A stretch of 47,883 bases of DNA from a candidate division LCP-89 bacterium. Lineage in GTDB: Bacteria > Electryoneota > B3-LCP. Shown one piece after another: positions 40,063 through 47,883 of the stretch; positions within the stretch are counted from its first letter, which is position 1; the number at the start of each line of letters is the position of its first letter. The notes beneath the pieces were generated by a model. It ran no database searches, was not told the DNA's origin, and saw only the letters and a program-made list of their open reading frames with translations. Location of the stretch: positions 1 through 47,883 of the forward strand of contig JALGVT010000029.1 of the NCBI GenBank assembly GCA_025774555.1, written 5' to 3'. The position numbers and the translations under genes are program-made.

Positions 40063-41472
40063 ATGGATAAGGCGCTCAGGAACAATCTTAAGAAACTGCC
40101 CCAGATCGGTCACCTGCTTGAAACTAAGGAACTTCAGGAGTTATCAGCCAGACACAGCCATGCTCTGGTGAAATCTTGTTGTAATGACGTTATAGCAATG
40201 GTCAGACGATCCATTATTGAGAAAGGGATAGAGATACCCGATAAGCGTGAGCTTGTCTCAGCTATTCAGGAAAGGGTGGAAGAATTTCTGGCGCCGAGGA
40301 TGCAGAATGTGATCAATGCCACCGGGATTCTACTCCACACCGGGTTGGGACGTTCACCGTTGACTGATGAGTTTTACAAACGTGCCTTTGAAAGAGTTCG
40401 GGGGACATGCAGTCTCGAATTAAATTTAGACACTGGCAAGCGCGGCGACAGACAAAACAACCTCGAGGAACTCATTCAGTTTGTCACAGGGGCAGAATGC
40501 TGTGCGATTGTCAATAATAATGCTGCGGCTGTTCTGTTATCGTTGAATACCTTAGCGAATCGTAAGGAGACCATTGTTTCACGCGGGCAGTTAATTGAGA
40601 TTGGCGGATCTTTCAGGTTACCAGAAGTGATGCGCAAGTCCGGCACTAAATTAGTCGAAGTGGGAACGACGAACCGCACTTACTTAAAGGATTATGAAGA
40701 GGCTATAACGGAAAGAACAAGAGCCGTTTTAATTGCGCATTCGAGTAATTACCGCGTGAAGGGTTTTGTTCATGAAGAAGAAGTCGAAAAAGTGGCAGCA
40801 CTTTGCAAGAAACGCAACATCTTCCTGATACATGACCTTGGAGGCGGAGTAGTTCACGATCTGAAAAAGTGGGGATTGCCTCATGAGCCAGTAGTCAGTG
40901 AAAGCATAAAGGCAGGCGTTCATGTGGTTACGTTCAGCGGCGATAAGATATTGGGAGGTCCACAAGCCGGTATAATTGTAGGCGAAAAAACCGCAATAAG
41001 GCGCATACGAAAAAACGCCATGATGCGTGCTTTAAGACCTGACAAATTGACCCTGGCGCTTTTGGAAGAGACATTCAAAATTTACCTGTCTCCCACGGAA
41101 ATCCTTCAGCATCATCATGTTTTAGTGAGGCTGCATGAAAAGGAGAGCGATGCTCAGAATAGGGGACGGCTAATATATGATAAAATTTCAGAATCGATTA
41201 TCTCAGATAAAATAAGTGTTAAGCTCGTTAAATCTAGAGCGCAATTGGGATCGGGAGCACTGCCTCTTGAAGATTTTCCGTCTGCTGCTTTGCAAATCAG
41301 AGTAAAAGGAATGCGTGCTTCTCAGTTAGCGAAGCTATTCCGAATGGCTGATCCTCCCGTGGTGGGGTACACGAAGAATGAAAGCGTTCTGTTAGACGTA
41401 AAAGCTATATTGGAAGATGAAATTGAACTGCTGTCACGTACAATTATTGACACACTTCGTCGTATATTGTAA
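40063..41472 (+). CDS. selA: L-seryl-tRNA(Sec) selenium transferase SelA
   Basis: PLP-enzyme fold with SelA-specific motifs (NATGILLHTGLGRS; SGDKILGGPQAGIIVG). Start trimmed to the ATG at 40063. Confidence 0.8.
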   Translation: MDKALRNNLKKLPQIGHLLETKELQELSARHSHALVKSCCNDVIAMVRRSIIEKGIEIPDKRELVSAIQERVEEFLAPRMQNVINATGILLHTGLGRSPLTDEFYKRAFERVRGTCSLELNLDTGKRGDRQNNLEELIQFVTGAECCAIVNNNAAAVLLSLNTLANRKETIVSRGQLIEIGGSFRLPEVMRKSGTKLVEVGTTNRTYLKDYEEAITERTRAVLIAHSSNYRVKGFVHEEEVEKVAALCKKRNIFLIHDLGGGVVHDLKKWGLPHEPVVSESIKAGVHVVTFSGDKILGGPQAGIIVGEKTAIRRIRKNAMMRALRPDKLTLALLEETFKIYLSPTEILQHHHVLVRLHEKESDAQNRGRLIYDKISESIISDKISVKLVKSRAQLGSGALPLEDFPSAALQIRVKGMRASQLAKLFRMADPPVVGYTKNESVLLDVKAILEDEIELLSRTIIDTLRRIL

Positions 41473-41574
41473 TAAGAATAATTAAGCAATCGAAAAAATA
41501 TTCTCTATTTTATTCTTGCCCCGGGCGTATTTTTTTCATATTTTACCTTTGCTAATGCAGGTTAAACAGTTAGG

Positions 41575-42888
41575 ATGACAAAGAAAAGCTTAAATTATCT
41601 TTTTAGCGCCCTTTTATTGTCAGTATTTTTGAACGCACAGGCTGGGGCGGAGACTTCGATAGTGAAATATATCGAGGTTGATGGAGTGATCCAACCAGCC
41701 AGTTCGCGTTATATTCAGCGGGCGCTCGATGAAGCGATTGCATCAGATGCCGAAGCTTTTCTGATCTTTCTGGATACGCCCGGCGGTTTGATGGAATCGA
41801 TGCGAGATATCATCAAGTCTATTCTGGTGAGTGATGTTCCGGTCATTGTATATGTCGCACCTTCAGGATCGCGTGCGGGCTCTGCGGGAGTTTTCATAAC
41901 TCTCTCTGCGCATATAGCGGCGATGGCGCCAGGCACTAACATCGGAGCGGCTCATCCTGTTTCCATGGGGATGGGACAGCAGGACGATACCACCGGTGTG
42001 ATGGAAGATAAAATATTAAACGATGCAGTAGCATTTATCCGCACGATTGCTGAACAGAAAGGGCGAAACGCCAATTGGGCTGAAAGCGCGGTAAGAGAAT
42101 CTGCTTCTATCACGGAAACAGAAGCGCTTCAAAAGAATGTCATCGATCTAATAGCGCCATCCACAGACAGTCTCTTCGCCATGTTAGACGGTTGGGAAGT
42201 GGATATGCCTGATGGACCCCGTATCCTATCGTTTGAAAACGTCATTCCTGAAGAGATTCCGATGACTTGGCGCGATCAGATTTTAAATATCATCAGTGAT
42301 CCGAATATCGCGTATGTTTTGATGTTATTAGGGATATACGGTCTGTTTTTCGAGCTTTATAATCCTGGCGCTGTCGTGCCTGGAGTCATAGGAGGCATCT
42401 GTTTAATACTGGCATTTTTCGCATTTCAAACACTTCCGGTGAACATCACAGGTCTGCTGTTGATCTTGCTGGCAATCATCCTCTTCATTCTGGAGATAAA
42501 AGTGACCAGTTACGGAGTCCTTTCCATCGGCGGAGCCATTTCTCTGATTCTCGGTTCTGTCATGCTGATCGAATCCCCCATTCCGGGGTTGAGAATATCA
42601 TGGGGGGTGATTTTGCCGGGCGCGCTAGCGACCGTTGCTTTCTTCCTCGTCGCTATAGCGCTATCCGTTAAAGCTCAGAAACGCAAGCCGACAACCGGCG
42701 CTGAAGGCATGACAGGAGAAACCGGCGTATCTATTGATGAGATAGCGCCTCACGGATCTGTGAAAATTCGAGGCGAAATCTGGCAGGCAAAGACAAAAAA
42801 GGACGCCATTTCCGCTACAACGCCAATCGTTGTGATTTCAGTTGATAAAATGGTCTTAATCGTAGAAGAAGCACCTGATCAAGAATAA
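41575..42888 (+). CDS. NfeD-like membrane-bound ClpP-class serine protease (stomatin operon partner)
   Basis: N-terminal ClpP-like domain (GVIQPASSRYIQRALDEA...DTPGGLMESM), a multi-TM middle and a C-terminal OB-fold (GSVKIRGEIWQA). Confidence 0.8.
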   Translation: MTKKSLNYLFSALLLSVFLNAQAGAETSIVKYIEVDGVIQPASSRYIQRALDEAIASDAEAFLIFLDTPGGLMESMRDIIKSILVSDVPVIVYVAPSGSRAGSAGVFITLSAHIAAMAPGTNIGAAHPVSMGMGQQDDTTGVMEDKILNDAVAFIRTIAEQKGRNANWAESAVRESASITETEALQKNVIDLIAPSTDSLFAMLDGWEVDMPDGPRILSFENVIPEEIPMTWRDQILNIISDPNIAYVLMLLGIYGLFFELYNPGAVVPGVIGGICLILAFFAFQTLPVNITGLLLILLAIILFILEIKVTSYGVLSIGGAISLILGSVMLIESPIPGLRISWGVILPGALATVAFFLVAIALSVKAQKRKPTTGAEGMTGETGVSIDEIAPHGSVKIRGEIWQAKTKKDAISATTPIVVISVDKMVLIVEEAPDQE

Positions 42889-42915
42889 ACAGAATAAAAA
42901 TAGAAGGGTAGAAAA

Positions 42916-43242
42916 TTGGCTGTAAGAAAAGAAAAAGTCTGCAACCTCTGCGGCAGAACCTTGCCTGTCTCAGCATTCTATAAACAGAAGACGTCAGTAG
43001 GCACGATGGTGTACCGCTCAAGATGCAAGGAATGTTATCGTCAGGTGACAAAAGATTACTACTGGGATAACCGTGCAGTGCTTTTAAAGCGCCAGCGAAA
43101 ACAGTATAAAAAAAGGCGTCCCTATCTCAAGAACTATTATCAGACGCATCGCGAAGAGAGACTCAAGTATCAACGTGAATGGTACCGGAAGCGCCGCATC
43201 AAGAGAGCAAAAGAAGCAAGAAAAGCGGCAAAGAACAAATAG
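42916..43242 (+). CDS. Small zinc-ribbon protein with highly basic Tyr/Arg/Lys-repeat tail (phage-like CxxCG..LP..F...CKxC followed by YYxxNRExxK repeats)
   Basis: CNLCGRTLPVSAFY...RSRCKECY followed by YYWDNRAVLLKRQRKQY / YYQTHREERLKYQREWY repeats. TTG start with an aggg SD. Confidence 0.5.
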   Translation: MAVRKEKVCNLCGRTLPVSAFYKQKTSVGTMVYRSRCKECYRQVTKDYYWDNRAVLLKRQRKQYKKRRPYLKNYYQTHREERLKYQREWYRKRRIKRAKEARKAAKNK

Positions 43243-43337
43243 AGAAGTTGAGATATTATTTGGATTGTGCCTGATTTGTCTGCGCATTTCAGGGGCTAAA
43301 TGAGTTAAATATCACGGATGGACTGTAGAGGGAGATT

Positions 43338-43646
43338 ATGAGTTTGGACGATCTCGAAAAAAGATTGACCGATTTTTCCAACGACGTTGAGAAACGCTTT
43401 GAGGAATTCGGGAAACGCCTGGAAGAAAAGTTCAGAGGTGATAAGCGACCTGATAATGAAGAAAATAAAACTGCCGGCACAACTCATAAAAGACATGAAA
43501 CTTCCTTCTGGGGTATGATCCTGATTGTAATAGGCGCTGTTCTCCTGGGGAATCACTTTCACTGGTTCTATCTGGATATCCCAATATTTCCAGCAGCAAT
43601 CATAATTCTAGGTGTATATCTCATTATAGACCATCAACGGAAATAG
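43338..43646 (+). CDS. Small membrane protein: N-terminal coiled coil plus C-terminal TM hairpin (PspC/LiaF-like)
   Basis: Heptad-like N-terminus. Two C-terminal TM helices. Good SD gaggga. Confidence 0.5.
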   Translation: MSLDDLEKRLTDFSNDVEKRFEEFGKRLEEKFRGDKRPDNEENKTAGTTHKRHETSFWGMILIVIGAVLLGNHFHWFYLDIPIFPAAIIILGVYLIIDHQRK

Positions 43647-43702
43647 AATACAGCTTATTACGTAGGCTGTTTAAATACCATCGAGGAAATGGAGGGTTCA
43701 AA

Positions 43703-44449
43703 ATGCCTGGTTTCGCGATATTAATCGGATTAGTCGTTCTTCTACTGCTATCCGCGATTAAAGTTCTTAATGAGTACGAACGCGCGGTTATCTTCCGGTT
43801 GGGGCGGCTTATTGGTTCAAAAGGTCCCGGGTTGATTCTCATCATTCCCATCATTGACCGCATGAAGCGTATCTCACTGCGAACGATTGTGACGGACGTA
43901 CCCCCGCAGGACGTAATTACCAAGGATAATGTATCTGTAAAAGTTAATGCAGTTATCAATTTCCGTGTAATGGAACCGAACAAAGCTGTGGTGGAAGTGG
44001 AGAATTATCTTTACGCCACAGGGCAGTTAGCACAGACCACTCTCCGCAGTGTGCTGGGACAGTTTGAGCTTGACGATCTGTTAGGCGAACGCGAGAAGAT
44101 CAATCTGAAACTTCAGGGAATTGTTGATGCGCATACCGATCCGTGGGGAATAAAAGTCAGTCTGGTTGAAGTGAAGCACGTCGATCTGCCTGCCGAAATG
44201 CAGCGTGCTATGGCGAAGCAAGCTGAAGCTGAACGGGAAAGACGCGCTAAAGTCATCCACGCTGAAGGTGAATTTCAAGCTTCGACCAAATTAGCTGAAG
44301 CGGCAAAGATCATCGGTGACCATCCTATGGCGCTGCAACTGCGCTACTTGCAGACTCTGTCTGAAGTGGCATCTGAGAATAATTCGACGACTATTTTCCC
44401 GTTGCCCATCGATCTCTTCAGTGTATTTATGAAGAAGGACGATAAATAG
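43703..44449 (+). CDS. SPFH/band-7 (stomatin-like) protein
   Basis: N-terminal TM followed by an SPFH domain ([12 protein letters not shown]...; coiled-coil Ala/Glu-rich [12 protein letters not shown]). SD ggaggg. Confidence 0.85.
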   Translation: MPGFAILIGLVVLLLLSAIKVLNEYERAVIFRLGRLIGSKGPGLILIIPIIDRMKRISLRTIVTDVPPQDVITKDNVSVKVNAVINFRVMEPNKAVVEVENYLYATGQLAQTTLRSVLGQFELDDLLGEREKINLKLQGIVDAHTDPWGIKVSLVEVKHVDLPAEMQRAMAKQAEAERERRAKVIHAEGEFQASTKLAEAAKIIGDHPMALQLRYLQTLSEVASENNSTTIFPLPIDLFSVFMKKDDK

Positions 44450-44462
44450 GATATCGTCATCC

Positions 44463-45179
44463 GTGGCATCACCAAACAAAGGCGAGAAGCTCGCCAAGTA
44501 CCTCGCCCGCTGTGGAACTGGTTCAAGGCGGAAATGCGAGGATTATATCCGTGCTGGCTGGGTGATGGTCGATGACGCAGTAATTTTAACGCCTGAAACA
44601 CGCATCAACCCTGAGCAGTGCAGTATTTCCTTGCGGGGGAAATCAGTATCACCACCGAAAAACTACCGCTATATTATACTCAATAAACCCGCAGGTGTTA
44701 TCTGTACATCGCAAAAGGGCAGGGAACGCGGTCAAACCGTTTTTGATCTGGTGGAAGTCCCTGAACGACTATTTACTATCGGCAGGCTGGATAAGGATAC
44801 ATCCGGCTTGCTTATTTTAACAAACGACGGTGAGCTGACTCAGCGGCTGACGCACCCTTCCTTCCAAAAAGAGAAGGAATACATAGTAACCACAAGTAAG
44901 ATTATTGCAAAATCGATCCTGGATAAAATGAAAATTGGCGTTCAACTCGATGATGGTGAATCACGGTTCGTTTCTGCAGCGGTTATTGCTAATAACCGAG
45001 TAGAAGTCGTACTAACTGAAGGAAGAAACAGGCAGATAAGAAGAACCTTTAAGGCTCTTGGATTGTCGGTTACGCGCCTTCACAGAACGCGCGTCGGCAA
45101 TCTAAAACTCACAAAACTTCCTGCGGGAAAATGGCGAGACCTCGAACCTGAAGAGGTTGCCTCGCTTAAGGCTCTATAA
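44463..45179 (+). CDS. rRNA pseudouridine synthase, RsuA/RluB family (S4 domain plus catalytic domain)
   Basis: S4-like KLAKYLARCG. Catalytic GRLDKDTSGLLILTNDG. GTG start. Confidence 0.8.
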   Translation: MASPNKGEKLAKYLARCGTGSRRKCEDYIRAGWVMVDDAVILTPETRINPEQCSISLRGKSVSPPKNYRYIILNKPAGVICTSQKGRERGQTVFDLVEVPERLFTIGRLDKDTSGLLILTNDGELTQRLTHPSFQKEKEYIVTTSKIIAKSILDKMKIGVQLDDGESRFVSAAVIANNRVEVVLTEGRNRQIRRTFKALGLSVTRLHRTRVGNLKLTKLPAGKWRDLEPEEVASLKAL

Positions 45180-45215
45180 ATACAAATAACTCAAAATTAT
45201 TAAATTAAACACAAG

Positions 45216-45929
45216 ATGGAATTGATCATGAAGATAAAACTGTTAATCATATCAATTGTCCTTATCATTATGATAGGCACAACTGCATCTGCCGACGGTT
45301 TTTCTGGAGCCGGCGGTTTTAGTTTCTATCTATGGAAGCCTGACCTGAACTCTATAAACAGTGAACTGGAAGCTATAGGGATGCCGCAGTTCGATAATTT
45401 GGCATTCTTATACGGCGGGCAGGGATTCGGTCATATATCTGATCGTCTAAGAATAGGGGTGATGGGCTTTAATGGGGGATCAAAGGTAAGCGATCTGAAA
45501 AATGGATATGCCAGAGAAGCCAGTTTTTCCATATCATGGGGAGGATTGCTTCTGGAGTATATCGTGCTGGAAGGACGCGGTTTTGAAATTTATGGAGGCG
45601 GAACTTTAGGATGGGGATCATTCACTATCCAACTTGAGAAAAGCGCAGGTCCGGCTGACTGGAATGGTGTCTGGGATAACTATGAAGCTGTTCAAAGCAC
45701 TGAAGACAATATCTCATCCACTTTTTCCAATAGCTTCTTCATGCTCCAACCCCGGGTCGGCATCAGGTATTTTCTGACTGACTGGCTTGCGGTTAGCGGT
45801 TCAGTAGATGTGCCGCTGCTCAAGCTTAACTCAAACAACTGGAAACTGAATGACAACGACGTTTATAATGCGCCTTCCATCGACCTGATTCAACCGTTCT
45901 TCCAATTTGCAATTCTGCTTGGGGGATGA
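45216..45929 (+). CDS. Secreted hypothetical protein, probable outer-membrane beta-barrel
   Basis: Signal peptide (an alternative start at the ATG at 45228 gives MKIKLLIISIVLIIMIGTTASA). Gly/aromatic-rich beta pattern. Confidence 0.5.
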   Translation: MELIMKIKLLIISIVLIIMIGTTASADGFSGAGGFSFYLWKPDLNSINSELEAIGMPQFDNLAFLYGGQGFGHISDRLRIGVMGFNGGSKVSDLKNGYAREASFSISWGGLLLEYIVLEGRGFEIYGGGTLGWGSFTIQLEKSAGPADWNGVWDNYEAVQSTEDNISSTFSNSFFMLQPRVGIRYFLTDWLAVSGSVDVPLLKLNSNNWKLNDNDVYNAPSIDLIQPFFQFAILLGG

Positions 45930-45961
45930 TGATGGATACAATCCAGGATGAATTCATAGAT

Positions 45962-45984
45962 CCGCCTTCTGGCGGATTTTTTTA
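45962..45984 (+). terminator. Intrinsic terminator: ccgcc-ttct-ggcgg hairpin plus T7 run
   Basis: Read directly, 30 nt past the stop of the 45216-45929 gene. Confidence 0.6.
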
Positions 45985-46108
45985 TAATAGCACTTGAAGA
46001 TAAGAAATACCTGCAGTTTTACTTTAACTTATTATTACTGTATAGCCAATATAAACAAAATGATACAATAATATCTCAAATCTGTATTAATATTTCTCAC
46101 AAAATAGT

Positions 46109-46136
46109 TAAAGTTCTGCTTTAGGTATTCCGATAT
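46109..46136 (+). promoter_or_regulatory. Sigma-28 (FliA)-type promoter, TAAAGTT-N-TCCGATAT, upstream of flagellin
   Basis: taaa gttctgctttaggtat tccgatat, against the TAAA-N15-GCCGATAA consensus (16-nt spacer, 1-2 mismatches). About 40 nt upstream of the fliC start. Confidence 0.5.
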
Positions 46137-46177
46137 AAAAGATGAACGCGAATTGAAACTATCCAGTGAGGATTAAA

Positions 46178-47011
46178 ATGAGTACCATGATCAATCATAA
46201 CATTCTGTCAATGACTGCCCAGCGTAATATCTGGGCAACACAGAATCAGTTAGATCGAGCGGTGACAAGACTGTCATCAGGGCTCAGAATAAACAACTCA
46301 TGGGACGATCCGGCGGGAATGGTAATTTCTGAGCGTTTTCGGGCACAGATCAGTTCAATGGCGGAAGCAGAACGCAACGCTAATAATGATATTAATCTTA
46401 TTCAGACTGCGGAAGGCGCGCTGACCGTAATAGATGAAACTCTAACAAGGATGAGAGCGCTTGCGATTGAAGCATCTAATGGTACGCTCACTGCATCTGA
46501 CAGGATGGCTCTGGACGTTGAGTACCAGCAGCTTAAATCTGAGGTTAATCGGATAGCTCAGGTTACCAATTATAACGGTCTAAATCTCATAGACGGGACT
46601 TACTCCAGCACCGGTATAAAATTCCATATCGGGACTTATAACCTTCAAAACGAGGATTACTACTATGTGAGTTTTAATTCGATGTCCACATCGGCGCTCA
46701 GTTTGACCGGCACAAGCTTGCTAAACACGGCTAACGCGCAGGCGGCTATTGGCTCAATTGATACTGCGATTAGTTCAAAAGACACTGAGAGAACGAGGCT
46801 TGGAGCTCATGTGGAGAGGTTACAAGGCACAATCAGCAAGTTAATGATGAGCCGTGAAAACGCTACGGCTTCGGAATCATATATACGCGACGCAGATTAT
46901 GCAGTAGAAATGTCTGAATTCATCCGCACTCAGATGTTGATGCAGTCTGGAGTATCAATTCTGACACAGGCAAACATGGTTCCCCAAATGGTTGCAAGTA
47001 TTATGGGATAA
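46178..47011 (+). CDS. fliC: Flagellin
   Basis: Conserved flagellin N-terminal domain (MINHNILSMTAQRN...LSSGLRINNSWDDPAG) and C-terminal domain (...LMQSGVSILTQANMVPQMVASIMG). Start at the ATG at 46178 with a gagg SD; the ORF-track GTG at 46166 is less likely. Confidence 0.9.
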   Translation: MSTMINHNILSMTAQRNIWATQNQLDRAVTRLSSGLRINNSWDDPAGMVISERFRAQISSMAEAERNANNDINLIQTAEGALTVIDETLTRMRALAIEASNGTLTASDRMALDVEYQQLKSEVNRIAQVTNYNGLNLIDGTYSSTGIKFHIGTYNLQNEDYYYVSFNSMSTSALSLTGTSLLNTANAQAAIGSIDTAISSKDTERTRLGAHVERLQGTISKLMMSRENATASESYIRDADYAVEMSEFIRTQMLMQSGVSILTQANMVPQMVASIMG

Positions 47012-47060
47012 AGCGTAATAAAATGAGATAGATGCGTGCAACATCCCTTGCACACCACCC

Positions 47061-47091
47061 CGGCGCTGAGAGTCCTCGGCGCCATCTTTTT
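47061..47091 (+). terminator. GC hairpin (ggcgc...gcgcc) followed by atcttttta; candidate fliC terminator
   Basis: Read directly. Confidence 0.4.
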
Positions 47092-47092
47092 A

Positions 47093-47872
47093 TTAACCCA
47101 CTTCGTTGTATTCTCTGATACGGAAATTCGCTCCCGTTTCTCTGGCGATTTTCTCAGCAGCTTCAAGATCGATTCCCGGGTAGGAAACGACCGTCATCTG
47201 CACATCAGGGATAATACCGACACAGGATTTAGAGAAATCGAGGAGACCCACAAAGGCATCTTCACCGAAGCGGCTCTTTACAAGTTTCTGGTATTTTTCA
47301 GGAGTAACATCGTCTAAGCTGATTGATATAGAATCAATCAGTCCAGCCATTTCAGGTATGATGTTGCGCTGGTGGATCATATTGCCGTGTCCGTTAGTAT
47401 TCAATCTGACTTTCTTGACTCCCTTAGATTTCAACCAGCGGGCGACCTCGAGCATGAGATTGAGGCGAATTGTCGGTTCACCGAATCCACAAAAAACGAT
47501 TTCATCCCATTGCAGCGGATCTCCGATTGCGGCAATGACCTCGTCAAATTCAGGCTCTTGTTCACGAGTCATGCCGATGTTATGAGCCTTTACAAAGGGA
47601 TGTGTGGTTCTCGGGCAGAAAACACAGCGGTTAGTGCAGCGTGACGTTAAAGCGAGATAGAGTGATTTCCTGATTGGGTAGGCGATTGTTCGTTCGGAGA
47701 TTTCGCCTATTCCAAACAGGCGAAATACATTGAAATTGGTTATTCTGCCGATATCCTCTTCTGTGAACCCTTTAAGTTCAGCCAGTTTCTGCGCAATCAG
47801 AGGAATATATGCCGGTTCATTCCGTTTTCCTCGATGCGGATGAGGGGATAGAAAAGGACAGTCCGTTTCCAA
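47093..47872 (-). CDS. TatD-family hydrolase C-terminus fused in frame to a TatD-associated radical SAM domain (CTNRCVFC). The N-terminus lies beyond the window edge
   Basis: The continuous frame contains a TatD C-terminal signature (ETDCPFLSPHPHRGKRNEP...NFNVFRLFGI) followed by a CxxxCxxC radical SAM motif. There is no stop, and no ATG/GTG/TTG start, between them. Confidence 0.6.
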   Translation of the reverse strand: METDCPFLSPHPHRGKRNEPAYIPLIAQKLAELKGFTEEDIGRITNFNVFRLFGIGEISERTIAYPIRKSLYLALTSRCTNRCVFCPRTTHPFVKAHNIGMTREQEPEFDEVIAAIGDPLQWDEIVFCGFGEPTIRLNLMLEVARWLKSKGVKKVRLNTNGHGNMIHQRNIIPEMAGLIDSISISLDDVTPEKYQKLVKSRFGEDAFVGLLDFSKSCVGIIPDVQMTVVSYPGIDLEAAEKIARETGANFRIREYNEVG

Positions 47873-47883
47873 TAAAACCCGGT

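Overview
This 47.9 kb window looks like a chromosomal segment from an FCB-group-like bacterium. The pointers are a T9SS C-terminal sorting domain protein, a flagellin with a sigma-28-type promoter, and Shine-Dalgarno motifs such as GGAG or GAGG ahead of many starts. The supplied ORF track translates TTG and GTG starts as M, so several N-termini were re-trimmed by eye.

Most of the content is housekeeping or envelope related:
- On the minus strand: a PDZ-containing sensor kinase and an NtrC-type sigma-54 activator, followed by a TGGCAC-N5-TTGCT promoter in front of a TPR gene.
- uvrA, lpdA, and a Na+-translocating decarboxylase operon (carboxyltransferase alpha, OadG-like delta, BCCP, membrane beta).
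- A class II (B12-dependent) ribonucleotide reductase, miaB, a lapA-lapB-like pair, rlmN and selA.
- A MoxR-DUF58 pair followed by an unusually long SppA.
- An NfeD/SPFH pair interrupted by two small genes.
- A flagellin gene, and a TatD-like C-terminus fused to a radical SAM domain, cut by the window edge.

The most unusual region is a tmRNA (ssrA) locus. Its last 19 nt are duplicated 300 bp downstream, which is an att-like scar of an integrative element. A perfect 16-nt tandem duplication and an intrinsic terminator sit beside it. Immediately after comes a divergent DprA/SLOG-like Rossmann protein fused to an uncharacterised C-terminal domain of about 200 aa. This is the best candidate here for an undescribed conflict or signalling component.

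A second notable feature is a family of long, nested-hairpin intergenic elements. Three copies are visible, all sitting between convergent gene ends and sharing TGTCAYT / RAATGACA stem motifs; the two full-length copies also share GGGCTGTC terminal inverted repeats. A 52-aa zinc-ribbon gene missed by the ORF track is also annotated. Everything rests on reading the sequence by eye; no database search was possible.
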